From assembly GCA_964016885.1 (NCBI GenBank), contig OZ024747.1, positions 68,386,001 through 68,450,000 of the forward strand: DNA of 64,000 nt, given 5' to 3'. Within the stretch, counting starts at the first letter, position 1; the number at the start of each line of letters is the position of its first letter. Shown here one piece after another: positions 12,672 to 30,639 of this stretch. Source of the stretch: Eledone cirrhosa (Eukaryota). A program made the position numbers and the translations under genes. The notes under the pieces were generated by a model. It searched no databases. It saw only the letters and a program-made list of their open reading frames with translations, and had not been told where the DNA came from.

Positions 12672-15600
12672 TCAGGATTTGGGCACCATGGCCCATTCGA
12701 GAAGAGAATTACTGTTTGCGGAGACATATCCGGGTGTGGGTGGTTTGTCCGGGATTACTTGGAGGAATTTGTCCAAAGACTTCTTGAATTTTGTGTGGTC
12801 AGTTTCTGTTTTGACGTGTCCTGGTGTGATGTTGAAGAGAGCAGGGCCGATTGAGGTGAAATAATTGTGCCGTATTGTTGTTATGAGTTGCGATTTAGAT
12901 TTTTGAATGGGACGGATAGCACGGGGCCCAAGCCTTGGGTGTATCTTGAAGGCGATGCCAACATCATTTGGGCAGTGATGATGGAACATTTTCCACATCA
13001 TGCAGATAATATAACGCTCACGGCGACGTTGGAGTGAGTAAAGTTTCAGGTTTTCCAATCGACCCCAGTAGTCAAGGTCTGACATGCCATCTATCTTTTT
13101 CGTGATTGCCCTTTGAGGAGCTTCAAGTTTCATGATACTTTGTTTCGTGTGGGGAGACCACAGTGGACAACAGTATTCAAGGTGTGGTCGGGCGAAAGTA
13201 GAGAAGAGAAGGATAATGGTGCGGGAATCTCTCGACTGGAAGGTTCTGAGGATCCAGGAACACATTCTGCGGGCCATGTCAACTTTGCTGCTTATATGCG
13301 TGGTCCAGCTTATGTTGCTGTCCACGGTTACTCCCAAGTCTCTGATGTTGTTAGATGCCACGAGAGTTTCCCCGGAGGGAAGGGAGTACGGGAGTTTCAG
13401 AGCATCCTCTTTTCCAAAGTGGATCAGTTCGAATTTGTCTTCGTTCAGTAACATGTTGTTCTTTTCTGCCCATTGGGTAACAGCCAGTAGGTCTGACTGA
13501 AGGCTTATCCGGTCATCCACGCCATTGATGACCTTTTGGAGCTTGGAATCATCAGCGAAAATTTTAATGTTGCTGTGTTTGATGATGTCAGTGATGTCAT
13601 TAATATAGATGATGAAGAGAAGTGGGCCCAACACAGTGCCTTGTGGGACTCCACTACTGACTTTGGCTGGGCTTGATTTGACTCCCTCAACTACAACATG
13701 TTGGGTTCTGTTTGACAGGAAGCTCTTGATCCACTGCAGCAGCTTTCCAGTGACACCAATATTGGACAGCTTTCTCAGTAGAATGTTATGATCAACCCTG
13801 TCAAAGGCCTTGCTGAAATCAAGGTAGATAACATCAGTGTTGGAACCCTCTCCCAAGGCTCTCAAAATGTCATCAAAGTGATGCAGTAGTTGCGTCAGGC
13901 AATCCCTTCCATTACGGAATCCATGCTGGTTGGAGTTCAGCATATTGTTACTCTCAAGGAAGTGGGTCATTCGCGATCTCACCACTCGCTCAAATACCTT
14001 AATGATATGAGAGGTGAGTGAGATTGGACGGTAATTCACGGCAAGGGATTTGTTTCCCTTTTTGAAAACTGGGACAACAGACTGGGATAGAAGGTTTTCT
14101 GGCACATATCCAGCATCCAGTGAGTTCCGCCACAGATTGGCAAGAGGAGAAGCAAGTTGGTGTTGACACGCCTTCAAGACACAAGCAGGGAACCTATCGG
14201 GACCTACTGCTGAATTATGCTTGATTTCCTTTATTGCCGCCAAGACATCAGGGGCGCCAAACGTTATGTCCGATAAGGTGTAATGGGGAGTAACATCGCC
14301 GATACAGCCCAGATCGGCCATATCAGGATTGCTGAAAACAGAGCAGTATTGTTTCTGCAGTATCTCACCCATGGTTTTAGCATTGTCTTGAAGAGTGCCA
14401 TTTTCATCAATTAGAGGGCCAACAGTAGAGCCAGTGATTTTGTGTTTTTTTGCAAATGAAAAGAACACTTTGGGATTGAGTTTGATCTTCTCAATGGCCC
14501 AGGCCTCTTCAGCTCTTCTCTGATTGTTGATGAGGGACATTATGTTGTTTTGGAGGTTATGTTTTTTAATCTCTAGTGATGAAATGGCAGTCAAGTTGAT
14601 GTGTTGCTGCTGACAGTATTTCAGATTGTTGATTTTTTTTGTTCGTTCTCTTAATTTTTCTGATGAGCGTTTTTCTATTTCTAGGGATTCTGCTCTTAGA
14701 TTTGTTTATAGTTCTTAATGGGGTGTGTTTAGCACATATGTTTGTAACAGTGTCCACAAATGTCTGCCAGGACTTTTTGATGTTAGTGGGTGTATGAGTG
14801 TGCGTGAAGGACCAGTCGACATGTGCAAGATCATGACTGATCGCTTCCCAGTTTGCATTGTGGAAATCCATAGCGTCAAACGGATGGACAGGAGAAATGA
14901 CATTGGGTTTGTATATTGGACGGTGGAATCTCAGATCACAGAGAACCATGTCATGATCAGAGAGTAGAGTTTTCTCCACTGCAATATTGTGGATATTGTC
15001 AGTGTGATTGCTGAAAATTAAGTCTAGGACGTTTTTGTGGCACCTCGTTGGTTCGAGCACTAGTTGGGATAGGAAGAAATCATCCATGAAGTCAAGAAGC
15101 GATTCCACAGCTTCCCTGTCAGAGGTTGAGGCAGAAGAACCTGGTGGCAGGGTGTTTGTGGACCAGTCAACTCCGGGGAGGTTGAAGTCCCCCATCATTA
15201 AGATGTTGTCAGGGTGACACTCTTGGATGAAACACTTTATGCTGTTGAGGCATTCCTTGAAGCATGGTACAGGCGTTTGGGGTGGCCTATAGAGCCCAAC
15301 TACTAATAGGTTGTTGGTTTGACTGAATACAGTGACTGCCTCACAGTATCCATTAGTGAATATGTTCATAGCCTCTGTTGAGAAAGAATTATGGACATAA
15401 ATGGCAGTTCCGCCCTTTCTTCTGCCAGCGCGATCAGCACGGATGGCTTTGAAATTTTTCACTTTCACCTCGGCTTCCAAGTGGAGGTTACTGAGATGGG
15501 TTTCAGTGAGGACGAAGAAAGGGATGTGGTTTGGATGGACATCAATCCAGTCCTCCAGGAATTTGATCTTCCATTTTTGAGTATTGGTGGAAGGGCTGAT

Positions 15601-15792
15601 GCCTTGGGCGTTAAGCAAAAATGTAGAGGCGAGAGTGGATGGTTTTAATTGTTTTGGTGTGTTGTTAATTTGTTTGTTTGTTAATGGCAGCAATGGGAGT
15701 TTGTGCAGTGGGGTGATAGTGGAGGGTGGTGCTGGGTGATAGCTCGAATGTTTTTTTCCAGTTCTTTTTCCAGATTCATTATGGCTAAAAAA
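12672..15792 (-). CDS. LINE ORF2 (APE endonuclease and RT), no AUG start, one +1 frameshift in an A8 run at ~14635
   Basis: APE motifs LNAQG, LTETHL, GLYRPP, MGDFN, LDLIF, SDH; RT motifs [30 protein letters not shown]; CR1-type C-terminus [20 protein letters not shown]. Removing one A gives [22 protein letters not shown]. Confidence 0.9.
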
Positions 15793-16847
15793 GAGGAAGA
15801 AGTTTCCTGTTTAGAAGACTGTTGGTGACTGTGGTAGTGGTTATTTTTATGTAGGTTATGGTTTTTGTTTTTGCTTTTATTTTTAATTTTATTTTCATTT
15901 ATCCGACGGGTCCCCGGGAGATGGGTAAAGGGACAATCCCGGTCTAAACACAATCTGTCTCGCAGGGAAAAACGGCAGATTTGTGGATTCCTTGTTTGAG
16001 TTATTGGTGGTTGTGTTGGTGTTAAATTAGAGTATGTATTATGGTGGTGGCTGTTTGTGGGGATAGATCGTTTTGTCCTAGGTAAATGGGTGAATTTGCA
16101 GCCACTATCCGTACATATTCTATAGCGTAGAGAGTAGCGGCAAATGATGGGGTTTCGAGTGGGTGGGTATGTCGGTGTGGGTGTTGTGAGAGGTGTAGAT
16201 GATGGTTTGGGTAGGATTTGACGACCTTTGTGGACTGTGGGAGGGAGAGTTCTTGTTCTGGTATTAGAAGGTAAATTCCTTGACATAGCAGTAGACAAAA
16301 ATGTTGTAGTAGTAGTAGTAGTAGTAGGCAGAGATGTTGGCAGTGGTGATGATTGGACTGCTGGGCCAGAGAAAGGATGTGGCGTTTCATGCTGTGAGAC
16401 AGAGGCTACTGGGGGTTCAATAGTTTCATTTAGTAGATCGGCCATTGTTGATGAATCAAGGAGTGGTTCACACTGTTGTTGTTGTTGTTGCTGTTGTTGA
16501 TGTTGTTGTTGTAGCTGTTGTTGATGTTGTTGTTGTAGCTGTTGTTGTTGTTGCTGTTGTAGCTGCTGTTGTTGTTGTTGCTGCTGCTGGACAGCATTCG
16601 AAGAGAAAACACACCGTAGTTTATCCAAATGTTTATTGATTAATTTAAAAGCAATTTCGATTTGCTTTAATTTATTTTGAATCTGTTGTTCAGATCGAGT
16701 TTTCAAAAATTGAACTGTACGTTTAGCAATGTCGTTCAGAGATGAAGCATCTATATTTTCTGTTTGGGAAAGGCAATGCCATGTGTTTATTAGAATGTCG
16801 ATTTCATTATCAGACCAGTTCTGTTTGGATTTTTGCTGGTTAGCCAT
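15681..16847 (-). CDS. LINE ORF1: N-terminal Myb/SANT-like segment, poly-Q tract, two CCCH zinc fingers
   Basis: WSDNEIDILINTW; CRYSLRYRICTDSGCKFTH; CRFSLRDRLCLDRDCPFTH; lies directly upstream of the APE ORF. Confidence 0.85.
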   Translation of the reverse strand: MANQQKSKQNWSDNEIDILINTWHCLSQTENIDASSLNDIAKRTVQFLKTRSEQQIQNKLKQIEIAFKLINKHLDKLRCVFSSNAVQQQQQQQQQLQQQQQQQLQQQHQQQLQQQHQQQQQQQQQCEPLLDSSTMADLLNETIEPPVASVSQHETPHPFSGPAVQSSPLPTSLPTTTTTTTTFLSTAMSRNLPSNTRTRTLPPTVHKGRQILPKPSSTPLTTPTPTYPPTRNPIICRYSLRYRICTDSGCKFTHLPRTKRSIPTNSHHHNTYSNLTPTQPPITQTRNPQICRFSLRDRLCLDRDCPFTHLPGTRRINENKIKNKSKNKNHNLHKNNHYHSHQQSSKQETSSSFLAIMNLEKELEKNIRAITQHHPPLSPHCTNSHCCH

Positions 16848-17280
16848 TCTAGTTTTGAGTGTGTGTGTGTTTTAGTTAAGTATTTCAATATATATATATT
16901 TTTTTTTTTTTAATTTATTTTTGATTTATTTTTTTGTTTTTTGTTTTTTGTTTTTCTTGTGTGTGAGTGAGAAGCGTATATATATATAAATATGAGTATA
17001 TATATATATATATATGTATATTCTGGTTATTTGAAATTAATTAAGTTAATGAAAAGACGACAGTATATAATAATAATTTGTAGTTAAAGGAAAATGTACT
17101 CACAAGTTCGTGTGTGTGTGTTTTAGTTAAGTATTTCAATATATATATATATTTTTTAAATTTATTTTTGATTTATTTTTGTTTTTTGTTTTTCTTGTGT
17201 GTGAGTGAGAAGCGTATATATATAAATATGAGTATATATATATATATGTATATTCTGGTTATTTGAAATTAATTAAGTTA

Positions 17281-19147
<1,867 letters not shown>

Positions 19148-21290
19148 AATCTATGACTGGGGAGCTTTCAAGGAAGATGATAAGCTACAGGAGAAGTTCA
19201 CAGTGGAAGTGAGAAACAGGTTTAGTGCTCTGTGTGGAGAGTCAGAGGAGAGAGAGAGAGAGAGATTGGATGGACTGAGGAGAGTGTGACGAGGAGGTAC
19301 GGGCACTTCACCAATGCAGTGGCGGAAGCAAGTGAAACCCTGGTGCCGAGGAAAAAGAACAAAGAGAAGCACGTCAGCTCTGCAAACCCAAAAGTGTGTG
19401 CAGCCAGAGAACACCTGAAAGCTGCCAGGGACCAATTCTATGCTGATCCTACGGAGGAGAGGATGGAGACTGTGGAGGTGATGAGGGAAGAGCTCTGTAC
19501 CGCTTACACTGAGGTCAGAGATGAGGCACTGATAGAGAAGATCAGAAGTGTGGAGAGAGCGGTTGACAGATCTGGATGTAAGGAGAGCTGGATGATCATC
19601 AACGAGATCACAGGGAGGAAGAGAAGGTGTTCGAGTCAAATCCAGGGAACGGGGCCCGAGGATAGGAAGAGGAAATGGCTAGCCCATTTTAGGACCCTAC
19701 TAGGAGAGCCACCCTCCACAGCCCAGAGCACTGGGGAGATCAGGCGGCTGTTTGAGGAACTGGATGTTGAGACAGAGCCCTTCACCAGAGAGGAGCTTCA
19801 GAGAGCCAAGAAGATCAAGGAGGGCAAGGCTCATGGAGAAGATGGAGTGGCATCAGAGGTGATGAAGAGGTGTGATTTTGATGATATCATCCTGGGGTTC
19901 TGTAACGGGGCACTGGAGAAAGGAGTTGCCCCGAATCAGTGGAGGATCAGTAACATCGTCCCAGTGCCAAAGAAGGGAGATCTCTCTAACACCAACAACT
20001 ACCGGGGGATCTCACTGACGTCACTTGTGGCAAAGACCCTCAACAGGATGATTCTTAACAGGATCCAGCCTGAGATGGAGAAGAAGCTCAGGGACAACCA
20101 GAACGGCTTCAGAGAGGCTAGATCAACCACCAGTCACATCCTGATGCTGAGGAGGATATTAGAGGGAGCTAGAGCAAAGTGCCTTCCTGCGGTCATGGTT
20201 TTCATTGACTTTAGGAAGGCCTTTGATTCTGTGGACCGTTACTGCCTGATGAAGATCTTACAGGCTTATGGAATCCCCAAGAAGATAGTGGACCTGATAT
20301 CACTGCTCTACACCAACACCAAAGCCCAAGTCATTACACCTGATGGGATGACAGAGTTCTTTGAGATACTGGCTGGAGTGCTCCAGGGAGATACATTGGC
20401 TCCCTACCTTTTTGTCATCGTAGTGGACTATTGTATGCGCCTTGCACTGGAGAAACACCAGGACTCTGGCTTTACTGTAGCACCGGCTCAGAGCAGGAGA
20501 GTTAGGACGAAAAAGGTATCGGATGCTGAATTTGCCGACGACATAGATTTGGTTACAAATACAGTGAAGGAGGCAGAGGATTTGATGCGGGAGGTTGAGA
20601 CTGTGTCGATGAGTGTGGGGCTGAGAATGAATGAGACTAAAACAAAATATCTGGTAGAGAATGTTGAGAAGCCAGAAGGGATCACTAATGTAGGCGGGAA
20701 GCCGCTGGAATTGGTTGAGGACTTCCTGTATTTGAGAGCAAAGATTGGGAATACGGAAGATGATGTGGTTGAGAGGAAGAGCAAGGCCTGGGCGGCGTGC
20801 CACAGCTTGAGATCGGTGTGGAAGTCGGACCTTCGTAGAGACCTGAAAATCCGCCTCTTCATTGCTGTAGTGGAGTCTGTGCTGCTGTATGGGTCTGAGA
20901 CTTGGACACTGACCAAGAAACTCACTCAGATGGTGGATGGGTGCTACACGAGAATGCTGAGGATGGCTCTGAACATTAATCAGTATACACTGAGGATGAA
21001 AAACTCAGAGCTGTATGGGAGCATCCCAAAAGTCAGCTCAAAAGTGACACAGAGGAGACTGAGGTTGGCTGGACATGCTCACCGACATCCAGAGTTGATG
21101 TTGCACTCAGTGCTCCTTTGGAAGCCCCTACATGGACACACTAGAAGAGGAAGACCAAGGTTAACATATGTTGATGCCCGAAGGACAGATACTGGTCTGT
21201 TGGAGATGCAGGATATGGCAGCGATAATGAGGGACAGAGACCGTTGGAGAGAGCTCGTCCATGGATCTCGGGAATTTTACCCGCCTTAGA
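19148..21290 (+). mobile_element. Second RTE-clade LINE family, 5'-truncated (RT ORF 19232-21289)
   Basis: [12 protein letters not shown] upstream, shifted by a (GA)n tract at ~19250. Motifs NYRGISL, FIDFRKAFDS, GVLQGDTLAP, FADD, LLYGSETW, RRLRLAGH, GRP. The stop codon abuts the microsatellite. Confidence 0.92.
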
Positions 21291-21299
21291 TATACATAC

Positions 21300-21374
<75 letters not shown>

Positions 21375-21733
21375 CATATATATATACATACATATATATA
21401 TATATATACATACATATATATATATATACATACATATATATATACATACATATATATATATATACATACATATATATATATATATATACATACATACATA
21501 CATATATATATATACATACATATATATATATATACATACATACATATATATACATACATACATACATATATATATATACATACATACATATATATACATA
21601 CATACATATATATATATACATACATACATATATATATATACATACATATATATATATACATACATACATATATATATATACATACATACATATATATATA
21701 TACAATACATATATATACATACATACATACATA

Positions 21734-21765
<32 letters not shown>

Positions 21766-22152
21766 CATACATATATATATATACATACATATATATATAT
21801 ACATACACATATATATATATACATACATACATATATATATATATATACATACAATATATATATATACATACATATATATATACATACATACATATATATA
21901 TATATACATACATATATATATATACATATATATATATATACATACATATATATATAAATACATACTATATATATATATACATACATATATATATATATAC
22001 ATACATATATATATATACATACATATATATATATACATACATATATATATATATACATACATATATATATATACATACATATATATATATACATACATAC
22101 ATATATATATATATACATACATATATATATATATACATACATATAATATTAC

Positions 22153-22195
<43 letters not shown>

Positions 22196-22196
22196 C

Positions 22197-22231
<35 letters not shown>

Positions 22232-22236
22232 CATAC

Positions 22237-22285
<49 letters not shown>

Positions 22286-22499
22286 CATACATATATATAT
22301 ATATATATACATACTATATATATATATACATACATATATATATATATACATACATATATATATATACATATATATATATATACATACATATATATATATA
22401 TATACATACATATATATATATATATGCATACATACATACATACATATATATATATACATACATATATATTATATATACATACATATTATATATATATAC

Positions 22500-22533
<34 letters not shown>

Positions 22534-22961
22534 ACATACATATATATATACATACATATATTATATATACATACATACATACATACATACATACATACAT
22601 ACATACATACATGGTGGCTGCCAACTCGTTTTCGAGTACGACCACTACTTTATATCCATGTAGGAGAACCCCTACCGATGCGCTGAACGAGTGTGACTTT
22701 TTAGTCCAGCCAGCGACTTGAAAACTCTGGTACAAACACTACACTTGTGACAACTATTGACACATAGTGCTGGGCCCATGGTACCATGTGACGACAAGTG
22801 CGGAGAGATCTCCAGATATAAAGCAATGCCTGTGCCGTGAAGCTTTTATAGTGAGCAAAGGCACTGCACAAAGCCAGTCCCACTCTCTTAACCAAGATGA
22901 TATTTACCAAAAAGAAGAACTAGTCAACATCATTGGATACCTACATACATACATACATACA

Positions 22962-22995
<34 letters not shown>

Positions 22996-23058
22996 CATAT
23001 ATATATATATACATACATACCTACATATATATATACATACATACATATATATATATAT

Positions 23059-23091
<33 letters not shown>

Positions 23092-23115
23092 CATACATAT
23101 ATATATATACATACA

Positions 23116-23151
<36 letters not shown>

Positions 23152-23236
23152 CATACATATATATATATATATATATACATACATATATATAAATACATAC
23201 ATATATATATATACATACATATATATATATACATAC

Positions 23237-23267
<31 letters not shown>

Positions 23268-23304
23268 CATATACATATATATATATATACACATATATAT
23301 ATAT

Positions 23305-23347
<43 letters not shown>

Positions 23348-23352
23348 CATAT

Positions 23353-23386
<34 letters not shown>

Positions 23387-23387
23387 G

Positions 23388-23429
<42 letters not shown>

Positions 23430-23477
23430 TACATACATATATATATATACATACATATATATATATATACATACATC

Positions 23478-23524
<47 letters not shown>

Positions 23525-23643
23525 CATATATATATATCTATATATATACATACATACATATATATATATACATAACATACATATATATATCATATATACA
23601 TACATATATATATATATATATACATACATACATATATACATAT

Positions 23644-23682
<39 letters not shown>

Positions 23683-23809
23683 CATATATATATATATATA
23701 CATACATACATATATATATATACATACATACATATATATATATACATACATATATATATATATACATACATATATATATATATATACATGCATATATATA
23801 TATATATAT

Positions 23810-23866
<57 letters not shown>

Positions 23867-23888
23867 CATATATATATATACATACATA

Positions 23889-23978
<90 letters not shown>

Positions 23979-24958
23979 CATATATATATGTATACATACA
24001 TATATATATATATATACATACATATATATATATATACATACATATATATATAATTGTTGTATAAATGTTTTTTCTCTATATATTAAGAATTATTTCAAGA
24101 GTAACTTACTATTTTGAAAATTTGGACTGTGAACAACAATTATAATTGAGTGGCTGCTATTTGCAGTATAGCAATATAAGGTTGCACTTACCAATGAAAC
24201 GGTCGTAAATATCTGGATAAAATCCTTCTCTTAATGCTTACCTGTGTTTTCTCTTTTATACTTTATACTCCAAAATTGAACGGAATTCTTACAAACTTGT
24301 GGAGTTACCCCTAACCGTACGTTGAAACCATCCATGAAACTGGCTTTCTTAACCAAGAACTGGATCACAATAAGCAGTTTTTTGCTTCTCTAACTATATA
24401 TATACATATATATACATACATACATATATATATATACATATATATACATACATACATATATATATATACATATATATACATACATACATACATATATATA
24501 CATATATATACATACATACATACATACATATATATACATATATATACATACATACATATATATATACATATATATACATACATACATATATATATACATA
24601 TATATACATACATATATATATATATATATACATATATATACATACATACATATATATATATATACATATATATACATACATACATATATATATATATACA
24701 TATATATACATACATACATACATATATATATACATATATATACATACATACATACATATATATATATACATATATATACATACATACATACATATATATA
24801 TATACATATATATACATACATACATATATATATATATACATACATACATATATATATATATACATACATACATATATATACATACATACATACATATATA
24901 TATATACATACATACATATATATACATACATACATATATATATATACATACATACATA

Positions 24959-24990
<32 letters not shown>

Positions 24991-25302
24991 CATACATATA
25001 TATATATACATACATATATATATATACATACATATATATATATATACATACATACATATATATATATATACATACATATATATATATATATACATACATA
25101 TATATATATATATACATACATATATATATATACATACATATATATATATACATACATACATATATATATATATATACATACATATATATATATACATACA
25201 TATATATATATACATACATACATATATATATATATACATACATATATATATATACATATATATATATACATACATATATATATATATACATACATACATA
25301 TA

Positions 25303-25334
<32 letters not shown>

Positions 25335-25336
25335 CA

Positions 25337-25368
<32 letters not shown>

Positions 25369-25435
25369 CATATATATATATATACATACATATATATATA
25401 CATACATATATATATATATACATACATATATATAT

Positions 25436-25470
<35 letters not shown>

Positions 25471-25475
25471 CATAC

Positions 25476-25508
<33 letters not shown>

Positions 25509-25557
25509 CATACATATATATATATATATATACATACATATATATATATATACATAC

Positions 25558-25588
<31 letters not shown>

Positions 25589-25737
25589 CATACATATATA
25601 TATATATATACATACATATATATATATACATACATATATATATATATATATACATACATATATATATATATATACATACATATATATATATATATACATA
25701 CATATATATATATATATACATACATATATATATATAC

Positions 25738-25771
<34 letters not shown>

Positions 25772-25822
25772 ACATAGATATATATATACATACATATATA
25801 CATACATACATACATACATACA

Positions 25823-25856
<34 letters not shown>

Positions 25857-25975
25857 CATACATACATACATATATATACATACATACCTACATATATATA
25901 TACATACATACATATATATATATATATACATACATACCTACATATATATATACATACATACATATATATATATAT

Positions 25976-26008
<33 letters not shown>

Positions 26009-26055
26009 CATACATATATATATATATATATACATACATATATATATATACATAC

Positions 26056-26154
<99 letters not shown>

Positions 26155-26218
26155 CATACATATATATATATACATACATATATATATATACATACATATA
26201 TATATATACATACATATA

Positions 26219-26259
<41 letters not shown>

Positions 26260-26359
26260 ATACATACATATATATATATATAAATATACATATATATACA
26301 TACATATATATATATATACATACATATATATATATATAAATATACATATATATATATAT

Positions 26360-26394
<35 letters not shown>

Positions 26395-26399
26395 CATAT

Positions 26400-26431
<32 letters not shown>

Positions 26432-26432
26432 G

Positions 26433-26472
<40 letters not shown>

Positions 26473-26477
26473 CATAT

Positions 26478-26511
<34 letters not shown>

Positions 26512-26512
26512 G

Positions 26513-26552
<40 letters not shown>

Positions 26553-26598
26553 TACATACATATATATATATATACATACATATATATATATATACATA

Positions 26599-26647
<49 letters not shown>

Positions 26648-26870
26648 CATATATATATATATATACATACATATATATATATACATACATACATATATAT
26701 ATATATATACATACACATATATATATATATATACATACATACATATATATATATATATACATACACATATATATATATATATACATACATACATATATAT
26801 ATACATACATACATATATATATATATACATACATACATATATATATACATACATACATATATATATATAT

Positions 26871-26901
<31 letters not shown>

Positions 26902-27010
26902 CATACATATATATATATATATACATACATATATATATATATACATACATATAAATATATATATATATACATACATACATATATACATATATACATACAT
27001 ATATATATAT

Positions 27011-27049
<39 letters not shown>

Positions 27050-27160
27050 CATATATATATATATATACATACATACATATATATATATACATACATATAT
27101 ATATATATACATACATATATATATATATATACATGCATATATATATATATATATACATAC

Positions 27161-27221
<61 letters not shown>

Positions 27222-27272
27222 CATATATATATATATATACATACATATATATATATACATACATATATATAT

Positions 27273-27320
<48 letters not shown>

Positions 27321-28277
27321 TATATATACATACATATATATATGTATACATACATATATATATATATATACATACATATATATATATATACATACATATA
27401 TATATAATTGTTGTATAAATGTTTTTTCTCTATATATTAAGAATTATTTCAAGAGTAACTTACTATTTTGAAAATTTGGACTGTGAACAACAATTATAAT
27501 TGAGTGGCTGCTATTTGCAGTATAGCAATATAAGGTTGCACTTACCAATGAAACGGTCGTAAATATCTGGATAAAATCCTTCTCTTAATGCTTACCTGTG
27601 TTTTCTCTTTTATACTTTATACTCCAAAATTGAACGGAATTCTTACAAACTTGTGGAGTTACCCCTAACCGTACGTTGAAACCATCCATGAAACTGGCTT
27701 TCTTAACCAAGAACTGGATCACAATAAGCAGTTTTTTGCTTCTCTAACTATATATATACATATATATACATACATACATATATATATATACATATATATA
27801 CATACATACATATATATATATACATATATATACATACATACATACATATATATACATATATATACATACATACATACATACATATATATACATATATATA
27901 CATACATACATATATATATACATATATATACATACATACATATATATATACATATATATACATACATACATAATATATATATACATATATATACATACAT
28001 ACATATATATATATATACATATATATACATACATACATATATATATATATACATATATATACATACATACATACAAATATATATATACATATATATACAT
28101 ACATACATACATATATATATATACATATATATACAAACATACATATATATATATATACATACATACATATATATATATATACATACATACATATATATAC
28201 ATACATACATACATATATATATATACATACATACATAAATATACATACATACATATATATATATACATACATACATA

Positions 28278-28309
<32 letters not shown>

Positions 28310-28586
28310 CATACATATATATATATACATACATATATATATATACATACATATATATATATATACATACATACATATATATATATACATAACATACATA
28401 TATATATATATACATACATATATATATATATATACATACATATATATATATACATACATATATATATATACATACATACATATATATATATATACATACA
28501 TATATATATATACATATATATATATACATACATACATATATATATATATACATACATACATATATATATATATACATACATACATA

Positions 28587-28650
<64 letters not shown>

Positions 28651-28715
28651 CATATATATATATATACATACATATATATATACATACATATATATATATA
28701 CATACATATATATAT

Positions 28716-28750
<35 letters not shown>

Positions 28751-28834
28751 CATACATATATATATATACATATATAATATATATACATACATATATATAT
28801 ATATATATACATACATATATATATATATACATAC

Positions 28835-28865
<31 letters not shown>

Positions 28866-28902
28866 CATACATATATATATATATATACATACATATATAT
28901 AT

Positions 28903-28933
<31 letters not shown>

Positions 28934-29018
28934 CATACATATATATATATATATACATACATATATATATATATATACATACATATATATATATATATAC
29001 ATACATATATATATATAC

Positions 29019-29052
<34 letters not shown>

Positions 29053-29099
29053 ACATAGATATATATATACATACATATATACATACATACATACATACA

Positions 29100-29133
<34 letters not shown>

Positions 29134-29249
29134 CATACATACATACATATATACATACATACTACATATATATATACATACATACATATATATATATATA
29201 TACATACATACCTACATATATATATACATACATACATATATATATATAT

Positions 29250-29298
<49 letters not shown>

Positions 29299-29361
29299 CA
29301 TAATATAATATATATATATATACATACATATATATATATACATACATATATATATATATAC

Positions 29362-29458
<97 letters not shown>

Positions 29459-29522
29459 CATACATATATATATATACATACATATATATATATACATACA
29501 TATATATATATACATACATATA

Positions 29523-29563
<41 letters not shown>

Positions 29564-29662
29564 ATACATACATATATATATATATAATATACATATATAT
29601 ACATACATATATATATATATACATACATATATATATATATAAATATACATATATATATATAT

Positions 29663-29699
<37 letters not shown>

Positions 29700-29735
29700 C
29701 ATATATACATACATATATATATATATATATATATG

Positions 29736-29785
<50 letters not shown>

Positions 29786-29790
29786 CATAT

Positions 29791-29860
<70 letters not shown>

Positions 29861-30274
29861 GCATACATACATATATATATATATAACATACATATATATA
29901 TATACATACATCATATATATATATATACATATATATATATTATATATATATATATACATACATATATATATATATATACATACATATATATATATACATA
30001 CATACATATATAATATATATACATACACATATATATATATATATACATACATACATATATATATATATATACATACACATATATATATATATATACATAC
30101 ATACATATATATATACATACATACATATATATATACATACATACATATATATATATATACATACATACATATATATATACATACATACATATATATATAT
30201 ATACATACATATATATATATATATATATACATACATATATATATATATACATACATATATATATATATACATAC

Positions 30275-30353
<79 letters not shown>

Positions 30354-30384
30354 CATATAAATATATATATATATATATACATAT

Positions 30385-30445
<61 letters not shown>

Positions 30446-30464
30446 CATATATATATATACATAC

Positions 30465-30513
<49 letters not shown>

Positions 30514-30514
30514 C

Positions 30515-30557
<43 letters not shown>

Positions 30558-30570
30558 CATATATATATAT

Positions 30571-30639
<69 letters not shown>

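Larger units (their letters stand above)
12584..17280 (-). mobile_element. Apparently full-length CR1/L2-group (Jockey superfamily) LINE
   Basis: ORF1 plus APE-RT ORF2; short 3' UTR ending in (TTCAAAGTTA)2; duplicated 5' UTR segment (16858-17048 and 17110-17280). Confidence 0.9.
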
